Shown in pieces: positions 42,787 to 51,118 of a stretch of DNA of 64,000 nt; the first letter of the stretch is position 1, and every line of letters begins with the position of its first letter. The stretch lies in NCBI GenBank assembly GCA_021325455.1, contig JAJPHD010000018.1, positions 103,838 to 167,837 on the forward strand, in the 5' to 3' direction. This DNA comes from Actinomycetota bacterium (lineage in GTDB: Bacteria; Actinomycetota; Acidimicrobiia; Acidimicrobiales; JAJPHD01). The notes under the pieces are model-generated. The model was not told the DNA's origin. It saw nothing but the letters and a program-made list of their open reading frames with translations, and made no database searches. Both the position numbers and the translations under genes were made by a program.

Positions 42787-42826
42787 GGCGTGCTGCCGGG
42801 GCAGTTCTCGGGCAACAATAGAGGTG

Positions 42827-43192
42827 ATGCCCATGCGAGAGGAGTGCAAGCACTTTCAGTGCCGGACCTATGCGTCCGGGGAGACGGCCCGGTTCTGCGT
42901 GCTGGACCTGGCCCCCGAGGCCCCGTGGCGCTGCCCTACCGACTGCCGGGCCTACGAGAGACGCTACGCCGACGTGGCCTGGTCACACGGCAGCCTGGTG
43001 GAGCCGGCTCTCGAGGACGAGCCCCCCATGCCGGGCTCCGATGTGGCGGCCCTCCTCGACGCTGCGGAGGACATCGTGAACGCCATCGGCCCGGTGGCGG
43101 TGGCAGAGGCGGAGCGGGAGCGGGCCGCCCGGGCCCGGGAGCAGGCCCGCATCGCCTCCCTCCCGTGGTGGAAGCGGCTGCGCCGGCGCTGA
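42827..43192 (+). CDS. Small Cys-rich hypothetical protein (121 aa), candidate metal/Fe-S-binding
   Basis: ATG 42827 lies directly after AGAGGTG. Cysteine pattern C7-x4-C12-x11-C24-x10-C35-x3-C39, an acidic middle, and a basic helical C-terminus (RIASLPWWKRLRRR). This is the in-frame tail of ORF 41816..43192. Confidence 0.55.
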   Translation: MPMREECKHFQCRTYASGETARFCVLDLAPEAPWRCPTDCRAYERRYADVAWSHGSLVEPALEDEPPMPGSDVAALLDAAEDIVNAIGPVAVAEAERERAARAREQARIASLPWWKRLRRR

Positions 43193-43220
43193 GGAGCGGA
43201 ACCCCCTCCCCCCCGCTCGG

Positions 43221-44042
43221 TCAGGTCCCCTCGAACCTGGGGGCCCGCCTCTCCCGGAAGGCGGCCAGCGCCTCAGCCAGGTCGTTGGACCGCAGGAAGG
43301 CGGCGTTCCAGGCCGCCACGAACTCGAGGCCCTCGACCACGGCCCGACCCTGGGCGGCGGACAGGACGGCCTTGGTCCCCTGCACGGCCAGGGGTGAGTT
43401 GGCGGCTATGGCAGCGGCCATCTCGCCGGCAGCGCCCCAGGTGGCGTCACGGTCGGGGAGCACCGCGCTCACCAGGCCCATCTCCTTGGCCCGCTCGGCC
43501 CCGATGTCCTTGCCCGTGTAGGCCATCTCGGCCAGGTGGCCCCAGCCGATGATGAGGGGCAGCCGCTGCAGGCTGCCCAGGTCGGCCACCATCGCCATCC
43601 GAGTCTCGCGTATGGAGAACACGGCATCGGCCGATGCCAGGCGGATGTCGCAGGCCGACGCCAGGTCCAGGCCGCCTCCCAGGCAGTAGCCGTGGATGGC
43701 GGCTATCACCGGCTTGGGGCAGGCGGCCACGGAGCTGATCGAGGCCTGCAGGCGGCGGATCTCGTCCCTGGTGCGAGCGGCCTCAGCCGCCGGCGATCCC
43801 GCCTCCCCCCCGGACCGACCCAGGACGGCTTCCGACTTCAGGTCCAGGCCCACGCTGAAGTGGTCCCCCCTTCCGGCCAGCACCACGACACGGACCTCCG
43901 GCTGGCCTGCCACCTCGGCCATGGCCCGGGGCAGATCGGCCCAGAAGTCGGGACCCAGGGCGTTACGGGCCGCGGGGTGGTCCAGCCACAGGGTGGCGGT
44001 CGGGCCGGACTGCTCGATGGTGAGGACCCGGGACGGGAGCAC
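43221..44042 (-). CDS. Enoyl-CoA hydratase/isomerase (crotonase) family protein
   Basis: ORF 43221..45512 was trimmed to GTG 44042. Crotonase motifs: RNALGPDFW, FSVGLDLK, AAIHGYCLGGGLDLASACDIR. Upstream of 44042 the frame is antisense to sufD. Confidence 0.85.
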   Translation of the reverse strand: MLPSRVLTIEQSGPTATLWLDHPAARNALGPDFWADLPRAMAEVAGQPEVRVVVLAGRGDHFSVGLDLKSEAVLGRSGGEAGSPAAEAARTRDEIRRLQASISSVAACPKPVIAAIHGYCLGGGLDLASACDIRLASADAVFSIRETRMAMVADLGSLQRLPLIIGWGHLAEMAYTGKDIGAERAKEMGLVSAVLPDRDATWGAAGEMAAAIAANSPLAVQGTKAVLSAAQGRAVVEGLEFVAAWNAAFLRSNDLAEALAAFRERRAPRFEGT

Positions 44043-44120
44043 GGGGGCGATGGTAGGCGGCGTGGCGTCCCGGTGGCGGCGGGTACAGTCGTGAACGGGC
44101 CGCCCAGGCCCTGATGCCCC

Positions 44121-45443
44121 TTGTTTCGGGAGGATGCTGTCACGCCCAGCCGCTTCACCGCCGATGCCGTTGCCGCCCTGCCGGGACCGGCCTGGCTGGC
44201 CGAGGCCCGCCAGGGTGCCTTCGAGCGGTTCCAGGCCTCGCCCCTGCCGTCCGAGTCCGAGGAGGTCTGGCGCTACAGCCGCATCGACGAGCTGGACCTC
44301 GAGGCCTATTCCCCGGCCCTGGACGGCCCCGGGGCCGCCCGGGCGGACCAGGCCCTGGCCGGGGTGAGCGGGCTGCTCTCGGGCGCTGGCCGGCGGGCGG
44401 GGCTGGTGGTGGCCGGAGAGGGGGGAGTCCTCCAGGCCGAGCTGGATCCCGGGTTGGCCTCCAAGGGGGTGGCCCTGGGGTCGCTGGCGTCGGACCCCGA
44501 CGGCGCCAGCCTGCTGGGGGCGGTGGCCCAGGCCCCCGACGCCCTGGTGGAGCTGGCCGGTGCCTTCGTGGCTGACCCGGTGGAGGTGAGGGTGCCGGCG
44601 GGGGTGGTCGTGGAGGACCCGTTGGTGGTGGTGCACTGGTCCAGCCAGGAGGGGGGGGCCAGCTTCCCCCGCACCGTGGTACGCCTGGAAGAGGGGGCCG
44701 TGGCCAACGTGGTGGAGGTGGTCGCCTCCCCCGACCTGTCCGGCCTGGTCGCTCCCGTGACCGAGATCGACGTGGCCGAGCGTGCCTGCCTCGGCTACCT
44801 GGGGGTCCAGCACCTGGGCCGGCGGGTGTGGCAGGTTGCCTATCAGGCCTCCCGGGTGGGCCGGGACGGCCGGCTGACCTCCTTTGCCGCCTCGCTGGGG
44901 GGTCACTACGCCCGTCTGCGCACCGACTCGGTCCTGGCCGGCCAGGGGGGTGAGGCGGCCCTGCTCGCCGCCTACTTCGGGGACGGGGCCCAGATGCACG
45001 ACTTCCGCACCAAGCAGGACCACGACGCTCCCAGCACGACCAGTGACCTCCTGTTCAAGGGGGCGGTGGCCGGCGCCGCCCGCTCCGTGTACAGCGGCCT
45101 CATCCGTGTCAGGCGGGGAGCGCACGGTACCAACGCCTTCCAGACCAACCGCAACCTGGTGCTGTCCGCCGGGGCCCACGCCGACTCGGTCCCCAACCTG
45201 GACATCGCCGAGAACGACGTGCGCTGCTCGCACGCCTCGGCTGTGGGGCCCATCGACCCCGAGCAGCGCTACTACCTGGAGACCCGTGGGGTGCCACCGG
45301 AGGTGGCCGATCGCCTGATCGTGCTGGGCTTTTTCGATGACATCCTGGCCCGCTCCCCCGTACCGGCCCTGGCTCCCCACCTGCGCCGGATGGTGGCGGC
45401 GAGGTTGGCCGACCCGGTGGCGGGGCCGGAGGAGGAGGAGTGA
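44121..45443 (+). CDS. sufD: Fe-S cluster assembly protein SufD
   Basis: SufD features: EVWRYSRIDEL, the beta-helix region, and C-terminal CSHASAVGPIDPEQRYYLETRGVP. The ORF-track start at 44121 is TTG, so the exact start is uncertain. Confidence 0.85.
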   Translation: MFREDAVTPSRFTADAVAALPGPAWLAEARQGAFERFQASPLPSESEEVWRYSRIDELDLEAYSPALDGPGAARADQALAGVSGLLSGAGRRAGLVVAGEGGVLQAELDPGLASKGVALGSLASDPDGASLLGAVAQAPDALVELAGAFVADPVEVRVPAGVVVEDPLVVVHWSSQEGGASFPRTVVRLEEGAVANVVEVVASPDLSGLVAPVTEIDVAERACLGYLGVQHLGRRVWQVAYQASRVGRDGRLTSFAASLGGHYARLRTDSVLAGQGGEAALLAAYFGDGAQMHDFRTKQDHDAPSTTSDLLFKGAVAGAARSVYSGLIRVRRGAHGTNAFQTNRNLVLSAGAHADSVPNLDIAENDVRCSHASAVGPIDPEQRYYLETRGVPPEVADRLIVLGFFDDILARSPVPALAPHLRRMVAARLADPVAGPEEEE

Positions 45444-45477
45444 TGAGGGCTGCCGCCCGCCTCGAGGGGGTGCCGTG

Positions 45478-45795
45478 ATGGGAGAGGTCGTGACGCTCTG
45501 CCAACGGGACAAGCTGGCCTCCGGCGAGGCTCAGCGGTTCGACGTGGCCGGGCACCGGATCGCCCTGGTCCGGATCGGGGAGGACTTCTACGCCATCGGC
45601 GACCGGTGCAGCCATGCCAACTACTCGCTTTCGGAGGGCGAGGTGTACCCCGAGGACAAGGAGATCGAGTGCTGGAAGCACGGCAGCACCTTCTCCTTGG
45701 AGACCGGCGAGGCTCTCTCCCTCCCGGCCACCAAGCCCGTTCCCGTGTACGAGATCGTCCTCGAGGGCGACGAGGTGAAGGTGGTGCTCCCGTGA
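45478..45795 (+). CDS. Rieske [2Fe-2S] ferredoxin-like protein (suf-associated)
   Basis: ATG at 45478. Rieske ligands C-S-H (GDRCSHANYSL) and C-W-K-H (IECWKHGSTF). A Rieske gene between sufD and sufC is usual in actinobacterial suf operons. Confidence 0.85.
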   Translation: MGEVVTLCQRDKLASGEAQRFDVAGHRIALVRIGEDFYAIGDRCSHANYSLSEGEVYPEDKEIECWKHGSTFSLETGEALSLPATKPVPVYEIVLEGDEVKVVLP

Positions 45796-45814
45796 CCGGC
45801 GGGGGGTTTCCCTC

Positions 45815-46606
45815 GTGAGCCTGCTTCGGGTGCAGGGGCTGCGCGGTGGCATCCCGGGCCACGAGATCCTGCGCGGGATAGACCTCGAGGTGCTGAGCGG
45901 GGAGGTGCACGCCGTCATGGGGCCCAACGGCTCCGGTAAGTCCACCCTGGCCCATGTCCTCATGGGCCGGCCCGGCTACGAGGCGAGCGCCGGCAGCGTG
46001 ACCCTGGACGGGGAGGAGCTCTTGGGCCTGCCCACCTGGCGGCGAGCCCAGGCCGGCCTGTTCCTGGCCTGGCAGTACCCGGTGGAGGTACCGGGGGTTG
46101 ACCCGGCCGAGGCGCTCGCCGAGGCGCTCGTGGCGGGGGGGAGGGAGGCGGGTGACGTGCCCGCCCGGCTGTCGGCCGAGGCGTCCCGCATCGGCTTCGA
46201 GGAGCGCCTGCTCACCCGGCCCCTCAACGTGGACCTTTCGGGTGGGGAGAAGAAGCGCAACGAGACGGTCCAGCTCAGCGTCCTCCAGCCCCGTTTTGCC
46301 GTGCTGGACGAGATCGACTCGGGACTGGACATAGACGCCCTGCGAGCCGTGGCGAGGCGGGTGGAGGAGGCCACGGTGGACTCCGATCTCGGGGTCCTGG
46401 CCATCACCCACTACCCCCGGCTCCTGAAGGAGCTGCGCCCGGACGTGGTTCACGTGCTGGTGGACGGGCGCATCGTGGCGACCGGCGGGCCGGCGCTGGC
46501 CGAGGAGCTGGAGCGCAGCGGCTACGGGGCCTACGGAGCTCCCGGCGCGAGCGAGGGCCCCTGGGAGGTGGGAGCGCTGCCCGAGGGTGGGCCCCTCGGG
46601 CCCTAG
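45815..46606 (+). CDS. sufC: SufC-like Fe-S assembly ATPase, divergent paralogue
   Basis: GTG at 45815. Walker A GPNGSGKST, signature LSGGEKKRNE, Walker B LDEIDSGLD, H-loop AITHY. About 20 aa of extra Gly/Pro-rich C-terminal tail. Confidence 0.85.
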   Translation: MSLLRVQGLRGGIPGHEILRGIDLEVLSGEVHAVMGPNGSGKSTLAHVLMGRPGYEASAGSVTLDGEELLGLPTWRRAQAGLFLAWQYPVEVPGVDPAEALAEALVAGGREAGDVPARLSAEASRIGFEERLLTRPLNVDLSGGEKKRNETVQLSVLQPRFAVLDEIDSGLDIDALRAVARRVEEATVDSDLGVLAITHYPRLLKELRPDVVHVLVDGRIVATGGPALAEELERSGYGAYGAPGASEGPWEVGALPEGGPLGP

Positions 46607-46677
46607 CGCTGCCGGGCGGCGTCAGCGGTCTCCGCCGTCCCCGGGCAGGAGCACCGGCGAGCCCCCCTCCCTGGGGC

Positions 46678-48159
46678 TCACCTGCTCGCCGTCACCTCGT
46701 CCCGGCCCTTCCGGTCCCACCCCGTGGCGTCCCCCTCCTCTACCGGCGGGCCGCCCTCCCTGCTGACGGGCAGCTCGACCACGAAGCGGGCTCCCCCGCC
46801 GGGTCGCTCCTCCACCCACACCTGCCCCCTGTGGAGGGCCACGTGCTCGGCCACCAGGGAGAGCCCCAGCCCCACCCCCTCGGTCCCCAGGCGCCGGCGG
46901 GCCAGCGGCCCCCGTGAGAACCGCTCGAAGACCCGGGTGCGGTCCTCGGCGGGTATGCCGGGCCCGGCGTCGTCCACCAGGAGGCGGACCCGGGCGTCGT
47001 GGCGCTGCACCCGGACCTCGACCGCCCCCCCGCCGTGGTCCCGGGCATTGCCGATGAGGTTGGCCACCACCCTCTCCAGGCGGCGCTTGTCCCCGAGGAC
47101 CTGGACGGAGGCCGCGGCCGGCTCCACCACGAGGGGCACCTGGTCGTCGGCCTCCACCGCCATGGCATGGGCCACCAGCTCGCTGAACTGGAGGGGCTCC
47201 AGCGACTGCTCGATGACCCCGGCGTCGTACCGGGAGATCTCGAGGAGGTCCTGGACCAGCCGCTCGAACTGGCGGATCTCGGCACCGAGGAGTTCCAGGG
47301 CCTGCTGGCCCCGTGGGGAGAGCTCGTGACGCCGGGCCTCCAGGACCCCGAGGGTGGTGGAGAGGGTGGTGAGCGGGGTGCGCAGCTCATGGGCCACGTC
47401 GGAGGCGAACCGGGCGTCTCGCTGGATGCGGGCCTGGAGGGCATCCACCATCGAGTTGAACGAGGTGGCCAGGGGAGCCAGGTCGACGTCGCCTCCGGCT
47501 TCCAGCCTGGTCTCGAGGCGCCCCTCGGTGATGTCGGTGGCCACCCTGGCCGTCTCCCGCAGGGGCATGAGGGCCCTCCGGCTCGCCCACCGTCCGGCCA
47601 GCGCACCCAGCACCGTGGTGGCGGCGGCCGCTGCCGCCAGGACCAGGGCCAGGATGGACAGGGTGTGGTCGAGGCTCCCCAGGTCGAACACCTCGAAGTA
47701 GTAGGCGTCCAGGCCGGCGATGGGGACCCCCACCGCCAGCTCAGGGTGCCCGCTGAAGGTGAAGATCTGCTGGGCGGCATGCCCCCTGAGGACCTCGTCG
47801 ACAAAGGTATCGGGGAGGGCGTCCCGGCCGACGGCCAAGGAGCTGGCATACCACTGCCCCCGGTAGCTCAGCACCGACGAAGCGGTGCCGCTGGTGCCAA
47901 GGGTGCTCAGGAGCTCGGGCAGTTGCTGGTTGTGGTTGTTGCGCAGGGCGCCCCGAAGGAAGTAGGCGTTGGAGAAGGTCTGGCGGCGGGCGGCCGCCTC
48001 CTCGCTGTGGACCACCGAGGAGCGCGTGACCGTGTAGGTGGCCAGGGCCATGATCACCGACAGCCCCAGGGCGAGCACGGTGAAGGCGGCCGTCACCCTC
48101 GAGCGCAAGCCCAGGCGGCGCCGGCGCCGGGCAGGCGGCGAGCCGGGCACGGAGCTCAC
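46678..48159 (-). CDS. mtrB: Sensor histidine kinase, MtrB-like
   Basis: HAMP domain, H-box [17 protein letters not shown]-box NLIGNARDHG, G-boxes DDAGPGI and GLGLSLV. GTGA overlap with the upstream MtrA-like RR. Confidence 0.75.
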   Translation of the reverse strand: MSSVPGSPPARRRRRLGLRSRVTAAFTVLALGLSVIMALATYTVTRSSVVHSEEAAARRQTFSNAYFLRGALRNNHNQQLPELLSTLGTSGTASSVLSYRGQWYASSLAVGRDALPDTFVDEVLRGHAAQQIFTFSGHPELAVGVPIAGLDAYYFEVFDLGSLDHTLSILALVLAAAAAATTVLGALAGRWASRRALMPLRETARVATDITEGRLETRLEAGGDVDLAPLATSFNSMVDALQARIQRDARFASDVAHELRTPLTTLSTTLGVLEARRHELSPRGQQALELLGAEIRQFERLVQDLLEISRYDAGVIEQSLEPLQFSELVAHAMAVEADDQVPLVVEPAAASVQVLGDKRRLERVVANLIGNARDHGGGAVEVRVQRHDARVRLLVDDAGPGIPAEDRTRVFERFSRGPLARRRLGTEGVGLGLSLVAEHVALHRGQVWVEERPGGGARFVVELPVSREGGPPVEEGDATGWDRKGRDEVTASR

Positions 48160-48905
48160 CCGGCCTGGAGCTTGTACCCCAGGCCCCGCACGGTGAGGAC
48201 GTGGTTGGGGTTGGTGGGGTCTGGCTCCACCTTGGTCCGGAGCCGGCGGATGTGCACGTCCACCAAGCGGTTGTCCCCGAAGTAGTCATAGCCCCACACG
48301 CGCTCGAGGAGCTGCTCCCGGCTGAGCACCCGGCCGGGGTTGCTCGCCAGCTCGCAGAGCAGGAGGAACTCGGTCCTGGTGAGGTGGATCTCCTGTCCGC
48401 CCCGGCGCACCACCCCGGCCTCGGGCTCCAGCTCCAGGTCCCCCACATTGATGGCCTGGGTGGGCTGGCCGGGAACGGCGCGGGCCCGCCTCAGGAGGGC
48501 CCGGATGCGGGCACCCAGCTCCTTGGCGACGAAGGGCTTGGTCACATAGTCGTCGGCGCCGGCCTCCAGGCCCGCCACCACGTCGTGGGTGTCGGTCCGG
48601 GCGGTGACGATGATGATGGGGACCGTGCTCACGCGCCGGATGGCCCGGCAGCACTCGAAGCCGTCCATGCCCGGCAGCATGAGGTCGATGAGCACGAGGT
48701 GGGGCAGGGCTCGCCTCTCGAAGGCGGCCAGGGCCTCCTCGGCCGTGGCCGTCTCGATCACCTCGTAGCCCTCGTCCTCGAGGGCCAGGCGCACCGAGGC
48801 GCGTACCCGCTCGTCGTCCTCGACCACCAGGATGCGGCTGGCCACCGTCTCAGTCTTGTCGCTCTGGGGCCCGCCGTCTGCGCCCCAGCGGGCGTCGAGG
48901 GTCAT
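48156..48905 (-). CDS. mtrA: OmpR-family response regulator, MtrA-like
   Basis: Close resemblance by eye to MtrA (LIDLMLPGMDG; TARTDTHDVVAGLEAGADDYVTKPF; VWGYDYFGDNRLVDVHIRRLRTKVEPDPTNP..LTVRGLGYK). Start at ATG 48905 (ATGA-coupled) or GTG 48845. Confidence 0.8.
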   Translation of the reverse strand: MTLDARWGADGGPQSDKTETVASRILVVEDDERVRASVRLALEDEGYEVIETATAEEALAAFERRALPHLVLIDLMLPGMDGFECCRAIRRVSTVPIIIVTARTDTHDVVAGLEAGADDYVTKPFVAKELGARIRALLRRARAVPGQPTQAINVGDLELEPEAGVVRRGGQEIHLTRTEFLLLCELASNPGRVLSREQLLERVWGYDYFGDNRLVDVHIRRLRTKVEPDPTNPNHVLTVRGLGYKLQAG

Positions 48906-49543
48906 GGCACCTGGGGCGGCCGTGGCCCGAAGCTGGCGTAGTCGGCCCTGGTCACGGGTCGAGACACGAGGGTCCCCTTGCCGGTGGGTGCCTCCACCTT
49001 CTTGCCCTGGAGCAGGAGACGGACAGCCTTCACCCCCGGGACGGCGGTGGCGGTGTAGACGATCTGGGCCACGGCCATCACCTGGTTGCCCCCCGAAGAG
49101 ATGCCGAGGGTGAAGTCGAGATGGGCCACGCCGTGACGGACCCGGGCCGAGCGGAGGTTGGCGTGGTCGCTGATGTCGGTGCTGAGGCCGCTGGCCGCCT
49201 GCTCGCTGGTGGGGCTGGCCAGGAGCTGGTCGATCACCTCCCTCACCGTGAGGGGTGCGGGCAGGTACTCGGTGGCTGGGTAGAGGCGCTGGCCCGGTCC
49301 CACCAGGTAGATGGGTACGGGCGCCAGGGTGGGCTTGCCATGGGAGGACACCGCCGGGGTGGCGGGGGCGGCTCGGCCGGCGGAGGCGTTCAGCAGGCCG
49401 AAGGGGACCTGCTTGGCCGGGATGACCTCGGGGGCGGCGTTGGCGGGCAGCCCGCAGGAGCTGGACAGGGTGGCGACAAGGAGGGCGCCGGCCACGGCGG
49501 GGAGGACAGAGCGGCGCGCCCAGCGGGGGGCGAGGTGGGCCAC
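48902..49543 (-). CDS. GerMN-domain lipoprotein (short LpqB-like)
   Basis: ORF 48902..49726 was trimmed to GTG 49543. Lipoprotein signal LLVATLSSSCG. GerMN-like region (VPIYLVG..; VAHLDF..; AVAQIVYTATAVPGVKAVRLL). Confidence 0.65.
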   Translation of the reverse strand: MAHLAPRWARRSVLPAVAGALLVATLSSSCGLPANAAPEVIPAKQVPFGLLNASAGRAAPATPAVSSHGKPTLAPVPIYLVGPGQRLYPATEYLPAPLTVREVIDQLLASPTSEQAASGLSTDISDHANLRSARVRHGVAHLDFTLGISSGGNQVMAVAQIVYTATAVPGVKAVRLLLQGKKVEAPTGKGTLVSRPVTRADYASFGPRPPQVP

Positions 49544-49616
49544 CGGGGTGGCCGCTCGGGGCCGTCCCGGGCGCCGCCGACCCGACCGGGAGAGAGGGGT
49601 GGGACGGGGAGACTGG

Positions 49617-49994
49617 TCAGCCAGCCCCGGCTCCCAGGGCCAGGACGGCATCGTCATCCTCCGGGACAGCCAGGTCGGGGACCTCCTCCAGGGAGTCGAC
49701 CAGGTGGACCACCCGGTCGAAGCCAACCGTGCGCAACACCCTGGCGATACTACGACGACCGGCGCAAACCGTCACTGCTCCCCCCGCCTCCCGGATGCGG
49801 CGCACGCCACCCACCAGGGCCCCCAGGCCGGCGGAGTCCAGGAAGGGGACCCCGGAGAGGTCGATGAGGACCGGCGCGGGCCGGACCAGGGCGTCGAAGC
49901 AGGCCCGCAGCTCGGAGGCGCTGGATGCGTCCAGGTCCCCCTGGGGCCGGCAGGTCAGCCAGCCTTGCCGGTGCTCGATGGCGATGGTGAGCAT
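49617..49994 (-). CDS. STAS-domain anti-sigma-factor antagonist (SpoIIAA/RsbV-like)
   Basis: GGAGGT SD 6 nt before ATG 49994. The conserved motif DLSGVPFLDSAGLGALV retains the phosphorylatable Ser after Asp. Confidence 0.8.
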   Translation of the reverse strand: MLTIAIEHRQGWLTCRPQGDLDASSASELRACFDALVRPAPVLIDLSGVPFLDSAGLGALVGGVRRIREAGGAVTVCAGRRSIARVLRTVGFDRVVHLVDSLEEVPDLAVPEDDDAVLALGAGAG

Positions 49995-50142
49995 GCGGTT
50001 ACCTCCTGCTGCGCCCCCCGAGGGGCGTGGCCTCCCATTCTGGACGGCCCGTGCGACAAAGGGGCAACCGTGCCGTGACAGTCTCGTGAAGACTTGGGAG
50101 GCCCCCGACCCGGCTCTCCGGTCCCCGGCGACCCGGGGCCCT

Positions 50143-50334
50143 TCAGCCCTCGATGGAGATGGCCTGGGTGGGGCAGGTGTCCACCGCCTCCTCCACCCGG
50201 GCCCGCAGCTCCTCGCCCGGGTGCTCGTCCAGCAGGTAAAGGAGGCCGTCCTCCCTCACCTCGAACACCTCAGGGGCGATCTCCATGCACAGGGCATTGC
50301 TCTGGCACACGTCGAAGTCGACCACGACCTTCAC
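50143..50334 (-). CDS. Small single-cluster ferredoxin (3Fe-4S/4Fe-4S type)
   Basis: GTG 50334 is preceded by GGGAGG. 63 aa with C-x5-C (VCQSNALC) and distal CP (DTCPTQAI), typical of actinobacterial ferredoxins. Confidence 0.8.
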   Translation of the reverse strand: MKVVVDFDVCQSNALCMEIAPEVFEVREDGLLYLLDEHPGEELRARVEEAVDTCPTQAISIEG

Positions 50335-50416
50335 CGAGCCTCCCAGGGACGGGGCAGCACAGGGATGGCCTCACCCTAGCGGCGGGCCCCAGGGAGATGA
50401 AGTCCCCCCCGGGCCC

Positions 50417-51118
50417 TCAGCGGGGGGGCAGGGCGAGGGGCCCGCCCCAAGCCAGCACCACCATCACCCCGGCGGCCACGAAGGGGGCCAAGGGGATGCT
50501 GGCCTTCCACGACCGGCGGGAGGCGACGAGAGCCAGGCCCCCCAGGGCGGCCAAGCCGAACCCGAGGGCCATGCTGAAGACGACCAGTACCGGGCTCAGG
50601 AAGCCGACGTAGAGGCCCACCAGCCCGGCCAGGCGCACATCGCCGAACCCCAGGCCGGCTGGCCACACCAGATGCACCACGGCGAAGGCGAGGAAGGCTG
50701 CTGCGCCGGCGGCAGCCGCCCTGGCCAGGAGCCAGAGGTGCCCGCCCGCCAGGGCAGGAGGAAGCAGGAGAGCCGGGGAGGCCAGGACGCCGAGGTGGAC
50801 CAGGCGCTTGGGCACCCGCCGCTGAGCCAGGTCCACCCCTGCCAGCAGGATCAGCATGGCGGCGAGGAACCAGCAGGCGGGCAGGGTGGGGGCCGTCCCC
50901 AGCCGGGTCGCCAGGACGGTGAAGGCCACCGCCGTCATCCCCGCCAGCGCCACCTTGTTGGCCAGGGCCGGCGGGGCGGCCAGAGCCGACGCCGGCGCCC
51001 CGAGGCGACTGGAGGGCGCCGGATCCTGCAGCAGCCCGTGCCGGCTCGCCACGGCGGCGGACCAGGAGCCGACGGCCAGCCCGAGGATCCCGCTCCCGGC
51101 CACCAGGCCAGGGGTCAC
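50417..51118 (-). CDS. A24-family prepilin-peptidase-like aspartic protease (short, TadV/CpaA-like)
   Basis: Polytopic membrane protein with two Asp motifs (LLAGVDLAQRRVP and GFGDVRLAG). It lacks an N-terminal Cys-rich or methyltransferase domain. Its GTG start overlaps the upstream stop (GTGA). Confidence 0.75.
   Translation of the reverse strand: MTPGLVAGSGILGLAVGSWSAAVASRHGLLQDPAPSSRLGAPASALAAPPALANKVALAGMTAVAFTVLATRLGTAPTLPACWFLAAMLILLAGVDLAQRRVPKRLVHLGVLASPALLLPPALAGGHLWLLARAAAAGAAAFLAFAVVHLVWPAGLGFGDVRLAGLVGLYVGFLSPVLVVFSMALGFGLAALGGLALVASRRSWKASIPLAPFVAAGVMVVLAWGGPLALPPR

Noticed and set aside
44098-44110. A sixth copy of the response-regulator motif in the crotonase/sufD divergent region (CCGCCCAGGC shared with 42690-42699)
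   Set aside because: Only the GC-rich half of the motif matches, and the distinctive GTCAG/CTGAC part is missing. A 10-mer of this composition is plausible by chance in this genome.
43221-45512. A 763-aa ORF treated as one large protein
   Set aside because: Only the C-terminal 273 aa (from GTG 44042) look like a crotonase. The upstream 490 aa are low-complexity and antisense to sufD.
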